Shown piece by piece: positions 54,360-63,946 of a DNA stretch of 64,000 nucleotides (position 1 is its first letter; each line of letters begins with the position of its first letter). The translations under genes and the position numbers were made by a program. The DNA is taken from assembly GCA_963719435.1 (NCBI GenBank), contig OY970384.1, forward strand, positions 2,623,835 to 2,687,834, given 5' to 3'. This DNA is from an uncultured Solirubrobacterales bacterium. GTDB taxonomy: Bacteria > Actinomycetota > Thermoleophilia > Solirubrobacterales > 70-9. Under the pieces are notes generated by a model. That model was not told the origin of the DNA, did no database searches, and saw only the letters and a program-made list of their open reading frames with translations.

Positions 54360-55508
54360 CTACGGCGTCCCGCCAGCGAACTTCACGTACGCGTACCAAG
54401 CCTTCTTCGGCACGAACCCGGGGCCGAAGAGGCCGGAGCCGTTGCAGAAGTTGCAGATCCCCTCCTGGTCGTCGACCGAGAACCAGTAGATCCGCTGCAG
54501 CTTCCATTTCAGCTGGTTGGCGACCAGCAGCTTGAAGGCGCCTTTGAGCTGGGTGGCCTGGCCGGCCGGGCCCTTGGCGAAGATGTTGCGCAGCGGGTCC
54601 GGCGGCTGCGAGCTCCAGCCGAGCTCGGTGATCCAGAGGCCCTTGGCGGCGTCTTTGTTCTCGGCCAGGACGGCGCGGAATTCTTCGATCTCCGGCCTCA
54701 GGTCCTGGTACTTGCCGGTATAGGGATGCAGGGCGACGCCCTCGAACTTCGACTTGATCCCCGGCGTCTTTTCGTACATCAGGTCGAGGAAGTCGGCGGC
54801 GCAGTAGTTCTGCTTCGGCAGCTGCTTCGAGCGGCAGCCCTTCGGCAGCGCGAACATCCCGCCGAGGATGACCTGGGAGCCCGGATCGGCGGCTTTCAGC
54901 GCCGTGTGGGAGAGCTTGACCAGCTTCCCGTATTCGATCGGGTTCGGCTTGGCGGCGAAGTACTTGAAGTTCTCCTCGTTCCAGATCTGCCAGGCGCGGA
55001 TCGGGCGCTTGGGCACGATCGGGTTCTCGGCCCAGAAGCTGCCGTTGGGGCCGTAGCGGGCGACCGCGCCTTTGAGCAGGCTCGACCAGGCGCTGGCGGC
55101 GGGGCCGGTGATCGGCAGGCGGCCGGGCGCTTTCGCGGTCTGGCCGGTGCCGGGGACGAAGATCGGTGGCACCGCCCAGGCCGGGGCGCCGCTGACGAAC
55201 GGCAGCACCTCGACGCCGGCGTTGGCGGCGCGGCGGACGATGCCGTCGACGCCGCTCCAGTTGAGCGGGCCGCCGGCGTCGGGCTGGATCGCGCCCCACT
55301 CGATCGGGATGCGGATGCTGTCGACGCCGCCGCCCTTGAGCAGCTGGAACTGTTCGTCGCTGGGCGTTTCCTGCGGCACCACGCCCCAGAATTTGGCCGG
55401 CACCGCCTGCGCGGAGGCGGCGAAGGCGGACATGCCGAGCAGCGCCATGGCCAGAATCGCCGTCCAGGCGCGTGCTCCTCTGCTGATTTGCATCGTCGCT
55501 TTGGACAT
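54360..55508 (-). CDS. secreted TIM-barrel glycoside hydrolase (GH5/GH39-like)
   Basis: 382 aa. Signal peptide, then WQIWNEEN (acid/base Glu) and WITELGW (nucleophile Glu) motifs. Confidence 0.6.
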   Translation of the reverse strand: MSKATMQISRGARAWTAILAMALLGMSAFAASAQAVPAKFWGVVPQETPSDEQFQLLKGGGVDSIRIPIEWGAIQPDAGGPLNWSGVDGIVRRAANAGVEVLPFVSGAPAWAVPPIFVPGTGQTAKAPGRLPITGPAASAWSSLLKGAVARYGPNGSFWAENPIVPKRPIRAWQIWNEENFKYFAAKPNPIEYGKLVKLSHTALKAADPGSQVILGGMFALPKGCRSKQLPKQNYCAADFLDLMYEKTPGIKSKFEGVALHPYTGKYQDLRPEIEEFRAVLAENKDAAKGLWITELGWSSQPPDPLRNIFAKGPAGQATQLKGAFKLLVANQLKWKLQRIYWFSVDDQEGICNFCNGSGLFGPGFVPKKAWYAYVKFAGGTP

Positions 55509-55512
55509 CGTC

Positions 55513-56085
55513 TCAGCTCGCCTTGGGCGAGACCTGGCCGCCGGGCGAGCGCCGCTGGCGGCGCTGCCTGATCACGACCGCGGCGATCGAGATCGCCGCC
55601 AGGGCGGCTACCGCGAGCAGAATCGGGACCAAGGGAGAAGAAGAGCTGTCGTCGGCGGTCGTGGTGCCGACCGCTTCGCCACCGCCAACGGAGCCGTTGC
55701 CGGCCTGGTTGGTCGTGCCGTTGCCTGGGCTACCCTTGCCGGGATTGCCGACCCCGCCCGTGCTTGGATTGCCGTTGGTCGACGATCCTCCCCCAGACGC
55801 AGACCCCGAACCAGATCCGGAGGCTCCCGAATTTTCCCCCCCAGTTGGAGACGAACCCCCGGTCGAGGAACTTCCGGCGCCCGGGTTGTTGTTACCACCA
55901 CCACCGTTGGCGACCGGGCTGGTGTGGCCCTTGACGGTCGGCACTTCGGTTTCGTACTCGGGCACACCCGCTTCGGCCTGAGCCAGCACCGGGAAAGCAG
56001 CCAATGCCAGCAGAGCAAGCACTGACATCAGCAAGAAAACAGGTAGGGCCGAGCTCCGGCCGGGGTGGTGGCGCATCCCATTCAT
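55513..56085 (-). CDS. secreted Gly/Ser/Asn-rich low-complexity protein with a C-terminal TM anchor
   Basis: Signal peptide LPVFLLMSVLALLALAAFPVLAQA, about 110 aa of G/S/N/T-rich sequence, then a TM helix and RQRRQRR. Start is uncertain (ATG 56109, 56085 or 56076). Confidence 0.55.
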   Translation of the reverse strand: MNGMRHHPGRSSALPVFLLMSVLALLALAAFPVLAQAEAGVPEYETEVPTVKGHTSPVANGGGGNNNPGAGSSSTGGSSPTGGENSGASGSGSGSASGGGSSTNGNPSTGGVGNPGKGSPGNGTTNQAGNGSVGGGEAVGTTTADDSSSSPLVPILLAVAALAAISIAAVVIRQRRQRRSPGGQVSPKAS

Positions 56086-56114
56086 GGCGCGCAAGGTTAG
56101 AGGAATCATCGGCG

Positions 56115-58022
56115 TTGATCGCGCCGCTGGCCCTGATCGTAGGCCTGGCGCTGGCTGGAGGCGGTGGATTCGACCTGAGCGCTCGACATATTGCGGGCCT
56201 CGCCGCCTGGCTCGTGATCGTGAGCCTGCTGGCGCTTGGAGCCGCCGCCCGCGCGACCCTGGGGCGGCCGTTCTACTGGGCGAGTGGGCTGATCTTGGGG
56301 CTGGCGCTTTTGTCTGCAATCTCGTCTCTCTGGTCGGGATCGGTTGAGCTGAGCGTCACCGAGGCGGACCGCGTCCTGGCCTACCTCGGGTTCTTCCTTG
56401 CCGCATTCCTGATCGCCCAAACCGACCAAAGGCGCCAACGTTTCGCTGAAGGGATCGCATTCGCCCTCGCCGCAATCGCCTTTGCGGCACTTTGCAGCCG
56501 CCTGATCCCCGACCTCGGCCTCGGCGCCGGGCTCGGAACCGGGCCGCGGCTGCGCTACCCGCTCGGCTACTGGAACGCCAACGGGCTCGCCTTCGGGATC
56601 GGGATCGCGCTGCTGCTCTGGGTCAGCCGCCACTCGCTGACGGCGGCGCTGCGCTGGCTCGCGGTCGCCTCGCTGCCGGCGCTGCTGCTGGCGCTCTACC
56701 TGACCTACTCGCGCGGCGGCCTGGTCTCCCTGCTCGTCGCCGGCGGCGTCCTGCTGGCGCTCTCGCACGACCGGCTCTGGCTGCTGGCGACGCTGGCGAT
56801 CGGCGCGGTCGGGGCGCTGCCGGCGCTGTTCGCGGTGCAGGCGAAGCAGACGATCGCCGACAACCTCTCCGCCTCCTCCACCGCCGGCGACGGGGTCACG
56901 GTGCTGCTGCTGCTGGCGGCGGGGACGGCGCTGGCGCTGGCGCTGTTCGCCGGCCTGTGCCGCCTGGAGCGGCGCGGCGGCGGCCTCACCGGCCGGGCGC
57001 TGGAGATCTCCCGCAACCCGACGGTGCTGAAGCGGCTGGCGCTGGGCGGCGCCCTGGTGGCGATCGCGGTGGCGATCGCGGTCAGCGGCCGCGCCTGGGA
57101 CCAGTTCACGGCCGGCGACGTGCAGTTCCCGAACGACCCCAAGCACCACTTCGGCTCCTTCTCCGGCGCCAACCGCGACGAGTTCTGGCGGGTCGCGGTC
57201 GACGCCTTCGACGAAAAGCCGCTGCTCGGCCACGGCAGTGGCACTTACCAGTTCTCCTGGGACGAACTGCGCACGATCCCGCTGCCGGTGCGCGATGCCC
57301 ACTCGCTCTACCTCGAGGCCTTCGCCGAGCTCGGCCTCGCCGGCGGCCTCCTGGTGCTGGCCCTGGTCGGGACCCTGCTGTGGACCGGCTTCGCCGCCTG
57401 GCGCGGCGCCAGCGGCGGGCAGCGGGAGCTCTGCGCCGCCCTGCTCGCCGCCCTCGTCGCCTTCGCCGTCGGCGCCGCGATCGACTGGTTCTGGGAGATC
57501 GCCACCCTCGGCGCGATCTTCTTCCTCGCCAGCGGCGTCCTCGTCGCCACCCGCTGCGCCCAGCTGCAGCAGCGGCGCGCCGCCGCCAACGGCCACGCCG
57601 TTCAGCGTCGCTACGGGCTCGCCGTAGCCGGCCTGGCGATCGCCTGGATCACCGCCCTGGCGCTGCTCGGACCGCTTCTGGTCGACCGTGAGATCGACGC
57701 CAGCAAAGCCGCGGCGGCCGACGGCAACGTCCCCAGCGCCGTCGAGCACGCCAACACGGCGCGGACGATCGAGCCCTGGGCCGCCTCCCCCTACGTGCAG
57801 CTGGGGCTGCTGGCCGACTTCGAGGGCGACTACGCGACCGCCAGCCAGCGACTGACGCAGGCGATCGACCGCGAAGACCGCAACTGGGTCCTCTACTACC
57901 TGCGGGCCAAGATCGAGAACGCCGGCGGCGACACCGCCGCGGCGCAGGCCGACATCGAGCGCGCCCGGCAGCTGAACCCGCTGGAGGAATGCCTGGGTGA
58001 AGGGTTCGAAGGCTGCGGATGA
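56115..58022 (+). CDS. O-antigen ligase/polymerase-like (Wzy_C) membrane protein with C-terminal TPR-like repeats
   Basis: Polytopic protein with a Wzy_C-like loop (LTYSRGGLVSL). Candidate TTG start at 56115 after AGGAAT. The track ORF starts at 56004 but overlaps the divergent gene. Confidence 0.7.
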   Translation: MIAPLALIVGLALAGGGGFDLSARHIAGLAAWLVIVSLLALGAAARATLGRPFYWASGLILGLALLSAISSLWSGSVELSVTEADRVLAYLGFFLAAFLIAQTDQRRQRFAEGIAFALAAIAFAALCSRLIPDLGLGAGLGTGPRLRYPLGYWNANGLAFGIGIALLLWVSRHSLTAALRWLAVASLPALLLALYLTYSRGGLVSLLVAGGVLLALSHDRLWLLATLAIGAVGALPALFAVQAKQTIADNLSASSTAGDGVTVLLLLAAGTALALALFAGLCRLERRGGGLTGRALEISRNPTVLKRLALGGALVAIAVAIAVSGRAWDQFTAGDVQFPNDPKHHFGSFSGANRDEFWRVAVDAFDEKPLLGHGSGTYQFSWDELRTIPLPVRDAHSLYLEAFAELGLAGGLLVLALVGTLLWTGFAAWRGASGGQRELCAALLAALVAFAVGAAIDWFWEIATLGAIFFLASGVLVATRCAQLQQRRAAANGHAVQRRYGLAVAGLAIAWITALALLGPLLVDREIDASKAAAADGNVPSAVEHANTARTIEPWAASPYVQLGLLADFEGDYATASQRLTQAIDREDRNWVLYYLRAKIENAGGDTAAAQADIERARQLNPLEECLGEGFEGCG

Positions 58023-59503
58023 GCCGCGCGACCGACACCGAGAAGGCGGCCCGCCAGGAGCCGGCCCCGGCCGAGGCGGTGCCGGTGCCGCTCGACTCGG
58101 CCGGGCGCCTGGGCCTGCGCGGCCCCGACGGCTCGCGCCGGCGCGGCGCCGTGCTGCGGCGGCTGCTGGCCAGCGGCGACTGGGTGGCGCTGGCCGGCTC
58201 GCTCTGCCTGGTCACGGCGACGACCTCGACCACCGACATCGCCACCCTGTTCTGGGCGATGCTCTTCAGCCCGGCCTGGATCCTCGTGATCAAGCTGCAC
58301 GGGCTCTACGACAACGACCACCGGCGGATCCGCCACAGCACCCTCGACGAGCTGCCCTCGCTGGTCTCGGCCAGCGTGCTGGGGACGCTCGTGCTCGACG
58401 GCCTGCTGGCGCTGAGCCCGGTCGGCCCCCTCTCCCCCGCCAGCGCGATCGCGCTCGGCCTCGGCGCCCTGCTCGGCAGCTTCTTCCTGCGCGGCATCCT
58501 GCGCTTCCTCTGGCACCGCCTGACCGGGCTCGCGGCCGGGTTGGTGATCGGGCCGGCGGCCGCGGTCGACATGGTGGCGCGGCGCGTCTCCACCCACCCG
58601 GAGACGCGGCTGGCGCTGGTCGGCTACCTCTCCACTGGCGAGGAGGCCGCGACCGAGCTGCCGCGGCTGGGGACGATCGCCGACATCTCCCGGGTCGCCC
58701 GCGAGCACGAGATCGAGCGCGTGGTGGTGACCGCGCAGGAGATGAGCGAGCCGGCGGCGGAGCGGCTGATCGAGGAGTGCAAGGAGGAGGGCCTGGCGCT
58801 GACCTTCCTGCCCCAGCACTACGGGCTGCTGGGGCCGGGAATCGAGCTCAACCGCCTGGCTGAGCTGCCGGTGCTCGACTTCCGCTTCAGCGATCCCTCG
58901 CGCTCGACCGTGGCGATGAAGCGGCTGATGGACGTGGTCGTCTCCGCCTTCCTGCTGCTGCTGCTCTCGCCGCTGCTGTTGGCGAGCGCCCTGGCGATCC
59001 TGCTCGACACGGGGCGCCCGGTGCTGTTCCGCCAGCGCCGCGCCGGCTTCGAAGGCGAGCCGTTCACGGTGCTGAAGTTCCGCACCATGGGCGTCGACGC
59101 CGAGGAGCGCCTGGGCGAGCTGGTCGACCTCGAAAAGCTCGACCAGCCCGCCTTCAAGATCCGCAACGACCCGCGCGTGACCCGGGTCGGGCGGCCGCTG
59201 CGGCGCTTCAGCCTCGACGAGCTGCCACAGCTGCTGAACGTGCTGCGCGGGGAGATGTCGCTGGTCGGGCCGCGGCCCGAGGAGGAGAGCGTCGTCGCCC
59301 TCTACGACGAGCGCCAGCGCGGCCGCCTGGCGATCAAGCCGGGGATGACCGGGCCGATGCAGGTCTACGGCCGCAGCGACCTCACCTTCGAGGAGCGGCT
59401 GGCGATGGAGCGCGACTACCTCGACAACCTCTCTCTGCTGACCGACCTGGCGATCCTGCTGCGCACGCCGCGGGCGGTCGTGCGCGGCGAAGGCGCCCAC
59501 TAG
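58019..59503 (+). CDS. polyprenyl-phosphate hexose-1-phosphate transferase (WbaP/EpsB-type priming sugar transferase)
   Basis: 494 aa. C-terminal bacterial sugar transferase domain (KRLMDVVVS..., FTVLKFRTM, DELPQLLNVLRGEMSLVGPRP). 4-nt overlap with the upstream gene. Confidence 0.9.
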   Translation: MSRATDTEKAARQEPAPAEAVPVPLDSAGRLGLRGPDGSRRRGAVLRRLLASGDWVALAGSLCLVTATTSTTDIATLFWAMLFSPAWILVIKLHGLYDNDHRRIRHSTLDELPSLVSASVLGTLVLDGLLALSPVGPLSPASAIALGLGALLGSFFLRGILRFLWHRLTGLAAGLVIGPAAAVDMVARRVSTHPETRLALVGYLSTGEEAATELPRLGTIADISRVAREHEIERVVVTAQEMSEPAAERLIEECKEEGLALTFLPQHYGLLGPGIELNRLAELPVLDFRFSDPSRSTVAMKRLMDVVVSAFLLLLLSPLLLASALAILLDTGRPVLFRQRRAGFEGEPFTVLKFRTMGVDAEERLGELVDLEKLDQPAFKIRNDPRVTRVGRPLRRFSLDELPQLLNVLRGEMSLVGPRPEEESVVALYDERQRGRLAIKPGMTGPMQVYGRSDLTFEERLAMERDYLDNLSLLTDLAILLRTPRAVVRGEGAH

Positions 59504-59514
59504 AGGGGGGCGAG

Positions 59515-60405
59515 ATGGCGGCGGCACCCGACCTCGAGGTCGTCATCGTCAGCCACGGCGCCGAAGCGCTGCTGCGCAACTGCCTGCGCTCGCTGCGGGA
59601 GCACCCGCCGGCCGGCGGGGCGATGCGGGTGACCGTGGTCGACAGCGGCAGCCCCGACGGGACGCCGGACATGGTCGCCCGTGAGTTCCCCGAGGTGCGA
59701 CTGCTGCGCCACGGCAACATCGGCTTCTCCGCCGCCAACAACCTCGTCCTGCGCGAGAGCGAGGCGGCGGCCCTGCTGCTGCTCAACCCCGATACCGAGG
59801 TCCGCGCCGGCACCCTCGACGCGGCCCTCGCCCGGCTCGGCGCCGAGCCGCGGATCGGCATGGTCGGGGTCAAGCTGGTGCTCGAGTCGGGCGAGCTCGA
59901 TCACGCCTGCAAGCGCTCCTTCCCGACCCCGCTCAGCGCCCTCGCCCACTTCACCGGGATCGGCCGCTCCGGCGACGGCGCCGGCTCCCTGAGCCAGTAC
60001 CGGGCGACCCACCTCGGCGACGACGAGGCGGGCGAGGTCGACGCCGTCAACGGCGCCTTCATGCTCTGCCGCCGCGAGGCGGTCCGCGAGGTCGGCCTGC
60101 TCGACGAGGGCTACTGGCTTTATATGGAGGACCTGGACTGGTGCCACCGCTTCTGGGACGCCGACTGGAAGGTCTTCTACGAGCCCGCCGGCGTCGCCCT
60201 GCACGTCAAGGGCGCCTCCAGCGGCGGCCGGCGGCGGCCGAAGCAGGAGGTCGCCTTCCACCGCGGCATGGCCCGCTTCTACCGCCGCTTCGACGCCCCC
60301 GAGCACAACCCGCTGCTGAACGCGGCGGTCTACGCGGGCGTCGCCGCCAAACTCGCCGTCAGCCTCACCCGCACCGCACTCGCGCCGGAGAAGTTGTCGA
60401 GTTGA
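59515..60405 (+). CDS. family 2 glycosyltransferase
   Basis: 296 aa containing VVIVSHG...VVDSGSPDGT...NIGFSAANN and the DxD-like EDLDW. Confidence 0.85.
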   Translation: MAAAPDLEVVIVSHGAEALLRNCLRSLREHPPAGGAMRVTVVDSGSPDGTPDMVAREFPEVRLLRHGNIGFSAANNLVLRESEAAALLLLNPDTEVRAGTLDAALARLGAEPRIGMVGVKLVLESGELDHACKRSFPTPLSALAHFTGIGRSGDGAGSLSQYRATHLGDDEAGEVDAVNGAFMLCRREAVREVGLLDEGYWLYMEDLDWCHRFWDADWKVFYEPAGVALHVKGASSGGRRRPKQEVAFHRGMARFYRRFDAPEHNPLLNAAVYAGVAAKLAVSLTRTALAPEKLSS

Positions 60406-60439
60406 TGACCCCAGAGAGTCACTAACTCGACAACTTCTC
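60388..60439. terminator. 16-bp perfect hairpin shared by two convergent genes (bidirectional terminator-like)
   Basis: GAGAAGTTGTCGAGTT-N20-AACTCGACAACTTCTC. The left arm is the last codons plus stop of the GT2 gene. The right arm reaches the rfbC stop codon. Confidence 0.5.
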
Positions 60440-60986
60440 AGAAGGGGAGCGTCTCGCCGATCTCGGCGAGGCTGGGCGCGGTCTTGTCGCGCTCGGAGAG
60501 CAACGGCTCGGAGACCTGCCAGTCGACCCCGACGTCGGGGTCGTCCCAGGCGATGCCGGCCTCGGTCAGCGGGTCGTAGAGGCTGGAGAGCAGGTAGGTG
60601 AAGTCGGCGACCTCGCTGAGCACGGCGAAGCCGTGGCCGAAGCCGACCGGGACGAAGAGCTGGCGGTGCTTCTCGTCGTCGAGCACGTGCGCCTCCCACT
60701 GCCCGTAGGTGGGCGACTCGCGGCGCAGGTCGACGGCGACGTCGAGCACGGCGCCGCGGGCGCAGCGGACCAGCTTCGCCTGGCCCGGCTCGGTCTGGAA
60801 GTGGATCCCGCGCAGCGTCCCCCTGGAGGAGCGCGAGTGGTTCTGCTGGACGAACTCGACCTCGACCCCGGCCTCGGCCCAGGTATCGCGGCTGAAAGTC
60901 TCGACCATGAAGCCGCGCTCGTCGCCGTGCACCACCGGCTCCAGCAGGACGACCCCGTCGAGCTTGGTCGGCAGTACGTGCGGCAT
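60438..60986 (-). CDS. rfbC: dTDP-4-dehydrorhamnose 3,5-epimerase
   Basis: 182 aa from ATG 60986, containing HGDERGFMVETF, RGIHFQ and FVPVGFGHGF. Confidence 0.9.
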   Translation of the reverse strand: MPHVLPTKLDGVVLLEPVVHGDERGFMVETFSRDTWAEAGVEVEFVQQNHSRSSRGTLRGIHFQTEPGQAKLVRCARGAVLDVAVDLRRESPTYGQWEAHVLDDEKHRQLFVPVGFGHGFAVLSEVADFTYLLSSLYDPLTEAGIAWDDPDVGVDWQVSEPLLSERDKTAPSLAEIGETLPF

Positions 60987-61972
60987 CAGCCGCCCAGGGC
61001 CTTGCCGTACTGCTTTTCGTAGTACTCGCGGTACTCGCCGGAGCGGATCGGGCCCCACCAGTCCTCGTTGTCGCGGTACCAGGCGACGGTTTTCTCCAGG
61101 CCCTCGGCAAAGTGGACCTGGGCCTCCCAGCCCAGCTCCTCCTTCAGCTTGGCGCTGGAGAGTGAGTAGCGGCGGTCGTGGCCGGGGCGGTCCTGCACGT
61201 ACTCGATCAGCGACTCGTCCTTGCCGGTGAGCTCGATCACGCGCTTGATCACCTCGATGTTCTCGCACTCGTCGGGGCCGCCGACGTTGTAGGCCTCGCC
61301 CGCCTTGCCCTTCATCAGCACCGTGTGGATGCCGCGGCAGAAGTCCTCGACGTAGAGCCAGTTGCGGACCTGCTTGCCGTCGCCGTAGACCGGCAGCGAG
61401 TCGCCGTGCAGGGCGTTGAGGGTGATCAGCGGGATCAGCTTCTCGGGATATTGGCGCGGCCCGTAGTTGTTGGAGCCGCGCACGATCGAGGCCTCGATCC
61501 CGTAGGTGTGGACGTGGGCGGTGACCAGCAGGTCGCCGGCCGCCTTGGTCGCCGAGTAGGGCGAGGAGGGGTCGAGCGGCGAGGTCTCGGTGAAGGAGCC
61601 GGACTCGATCGAGCCGTAGACCTCGTCGGTGGAGACCTGCAGGTAGCGCGGCACGCCGAGCTCGCGGGCGGCGTCGAGCAGGGTGCCGGTGCCGATCACG
61701 TGGGTGCGGGCGAAGGCGTCCTGGTCGTCGATCGAACGGTCGACGTGGGACTCGGCGGCGAAGTTGACGACCGCGTCGGCGCCCTGCATCGCCTCGCGCA
61801 CGATCTTCGGGTCCTCGATCGCCCCCTCGATCAGCTCGACCCCGGCGGGCAGGTTCTCCGGCCGGCCGGCGTAGGTGAGCTTGTCGAGGACGACGATCTC
61901 GTGCTCGTCGCCGGCGATGCGGACGTAGGTGGAACCGATGAAACCGGCGGCGCCGGTGACGAGCAGCTTCAT
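60986..61972 (-). CDS. rfbB: dTDP-glucose 4,6-dehydratase
   Basis: 328 aa from ATG 61972, containing MKLLVTGAAGFIGS, STDEVYG, YSATKAA and DRPGHDRRY. Confidence 0.92.
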   Translation of the reverse strand: MKLLVTGAAGFIGSTYVRIAGDEHEIVVLDKLTYAGRPENLPAGVELIEGAIEDPKIVREAMQGADAVVNFAAESHVDRSIDDQDAFARTHVIGTGTLLDAARELGVPRYLQVSTDEVYGSIESGSFTETSPLDPSSPYSATKAAGDLLVTAHVHTYGIEASIVRGSNNYGPRQYPEKLIPLITLNALHGDSLPVYGDGKQVRNWLYVEDFCRGIHTVLMKGKAGEAYNVGGPDECENIEVIKRVIELTGKDESLIEYVQDRPGHDRRYSLSSAKLKEELGWEAQVHFAEGLEKTVAWYRDNEDWWGPIRSGEYREYYEKQYGKALGG

Positions 61973-62820
61973 GCTGCCTCCCTCTCTGCTTGACGTTGGG
62001 CGAGATAGCCGGCCAGCCCGTCCTGCCAGGAGGGCAGCCGGATCGCGTGCTCGCGCTGGCTGGTCAGGGCCGAGAACGGCGGCCGCGGCGCGGGGCGGCC
62101 GAATTCCTCGGTGGTGATCGAGAGCACTTTGCACTCGACCTTGGCCTGCTCGAAGATCTCGCGGGCGAACTCGTACCAGGAGCACTGCCCGGACGCGGCC
62201 ATGTGGTGGAGGCCGTACTCGATCCCCTCGATCAGGCGCACGATCCCGTAGGCGAGGTGCCAGGTGTAGGTCGGCGAGCCGACCTGGTCGCGGACGACGA
62301 GGACCTCGCCGTGGTCTGTGGCCAGGCGCAGCATCGTCTCGACGAAGTTGGCGCCGCCGATCCCGAACAGCCAGGCCGAGCGGACGACGAAGTGGCGCTT
62401 GTTGGCGGCCACGGTCGCCTCCTCGCCGGCGAGCTTGGTGCGGCCGTAGGCGGAGAGCGGCGCGACCTGGTCGCTCTCCACGTAGGGCGCCGCCTTGGCG
62501 CCGTCGAAGACGTAGTCGCTGGAGACGTAGACGATGCCGGCGCCGACCTGCGCCGCGGCGGCGGCGACGTTGCCGGCGCCGGTGCCGTTGACCGCGAAGG
62601 CCGCCTCCTCGGCCGCCTCGGCGCCGTCGACGTCGGTCCAGGCGGCGCAGTTGATGACCACGTCGGGGCGCTCGAGGTCGAACTTCTTCGCCAGCGCGGC
62701 GGCATCGGTGATGTCGAGCTCGGCGCGGCCGAAGCCGACCACGTCGTGGCCGGCGTTGCCGGCGGCCAGCATCACGTCGCGGCCGAGCATGCCCGCGGCG
62801 CCGGTGACGAGGAGCTTCAC
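61969..62820 (-). CDS. rfbD: dTDP-4-dehydrorhamnose reductase
   Basis: 283 aa containing MKLLVTGAAGMLG, INCAAWTDVD and YGRTKLAGE. ATGA overlap with rfbB. Confidence 0.9.
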   Translation of the reverse strand: MKLLVTGAAGMLGRDVMLAAGNAGHDVVGFGRAELDITDAAALAKKFDLERPDVVINCAAWTDVDGAEAAEEAAFAVNGTGAGNVAAAAAQVGAGIVYVSSDYVFDGAKAAPYVESDQVAPLSAYGRTKLAGEEATVAANKRHFVVRSAWLFGIGGANFVETMLRLATDHGEVLVVRDQVGSPTYTWHLAYGIVRLIEGIEYGLHHMAASGQCSWYEFAREIFEQAKVECKVLSITTEEFGRPAPRPPFSALTSQREHAIRLPSWQDGLAGYLAQRQAEREAA

Positions 62821-62833
62821 GACGAAGCCCCCA

Positions 62834-63913
62834 CTAGACGATTTTGATCTCGCAGTTGTCGCCGACCAGCAGGCGCAGGGTTTTCGGCGGCCCGTCGCTG
62901 CGGGTCAGCTTGACGTTGCGGCCGAGCAGGCTCGCCTCCATCCGCGTTTCCAGGTCCTCGACCACGGAGTCGGCGAGGATGATCGAGTGCTCGACCTCGG
63001 AGCGGCGCACGTGGACGCCGCTGCCGATCGAGGTGTAGGGGCCGATGTAGGCGTCCTCGATGCAGGCGCCGGCGCCGATCACGGCCGGGCCGCGGACGAC
63101 CGAGCGGGTCAGCGTCGCGCCCTCCTCGATCACCACCCGGCCCTCGACCCGCGACTCCGCGTCGACCTCGCCGGCGAGGTCGCTCTCCAGCTCCTCGAGC
63201 ACGAGGCGGTTGGCCTCGAGCATGTCGGCGAGCTGGCCGGTGTCCTTCCACCAGCCGCGCACGACCTCGGACTGGACCTTGCGGCCGTCGTCGATCAGGC
63301 CCTGGATCGCCTCGGTGATCTCGAGCTCGCCGCGCCAGGAGGGCTCGAGCGCTTCCGAGGCGGTGAAGATCAGCGGGCTGAAGAGGTAGACGCCGACCAG
63401 GGCCAGGTTCGAGGGCGGGTCCTTGGGCTTCTCGATCAGGCGCAGGATGTGGCCGCCGTCGTCGAGCTCGGCGACGCCGTAGGACTGCGGGTCGTCGACC
63501 GGGGTGAGCAGGATCAGCGCGTCCGGTTCGTCCTCGCGGAAGGTCGAGACCAGGCCGCGCAGGCCGTCGCGCAGGAGGTTGTCGCCGAGGTACATGACGA
63601 AGGGCGAGTCGCCGATGAACGGCTTCGCGGTCAGCACCGCGTGGGCCAGCCCGGCCGGCTTGTCCTGGACGATGTAGGTGATCTTCGCCCCGAACCGGGA
63701 GCCGTCGCCGGCGGCCTCGCGGATCTCGTCGCCGGTCTCCGGCGCGATGATGATCCCGATCTCCTCGACGCCGGCGTCGACCAGCGCCTCGATCCCGTAG
63801 AAGAGCACGGGCTTGTTGGCGACGGGCACCAGCTGCTTGGCCGAGGTGTGCGTGATCGGTCGCAGCCGGGTGCCGGCGCCTCCCGAGAGGATGAGTCCCT
63901 TCAGTGGCTCCAT
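62834..63913 (-). CDS. rfbA: glucose-1-phosphate thymidylyltransferase, long form with a C-terminal left-handed beta-helix
   Basis: ATG 63913 (MEPLKGLILSGGAGTRLRPITHTSAKQLVPVANKP...). The C-terminal half has hexapeptide-repeat character. Confidence 0.88.
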   Translation of the reverse strand: MEPLKGLILSGGAGTRLRPITHTSAKQLVPVANKPVLFYGIEALVDAGVEEIGIIIAPETGDEIREAAGDGSRFGAKITYIVQDKPAGLAHAVLTAKPFIGDSPFVMYLGDNLLRDGLRGLVSTFREDEPDALILLTPVDDPQSYGVAELDDGGHILRLIEKPKDPPSNLALVGVYLFSPLIFTASEALEPSWRGELEITEAIQGLIDDGRKVQSEVVRGWWKDTGQLADMLEANRLVLEELESDLAGEVDAESRVEGRVVIEEGATLTRSVVRGPAVIGAGACIEDAYIGPYTSIGSGVHVRRSEVEHSIILADSVVEDLETRMEASLLGRNVKLTRSDGPPKTLRLLVGDNCEIKIV

Positions 63914-63946
63914 GCGAGGCTGCAACCCTACTGAGCCCACCGAGTT

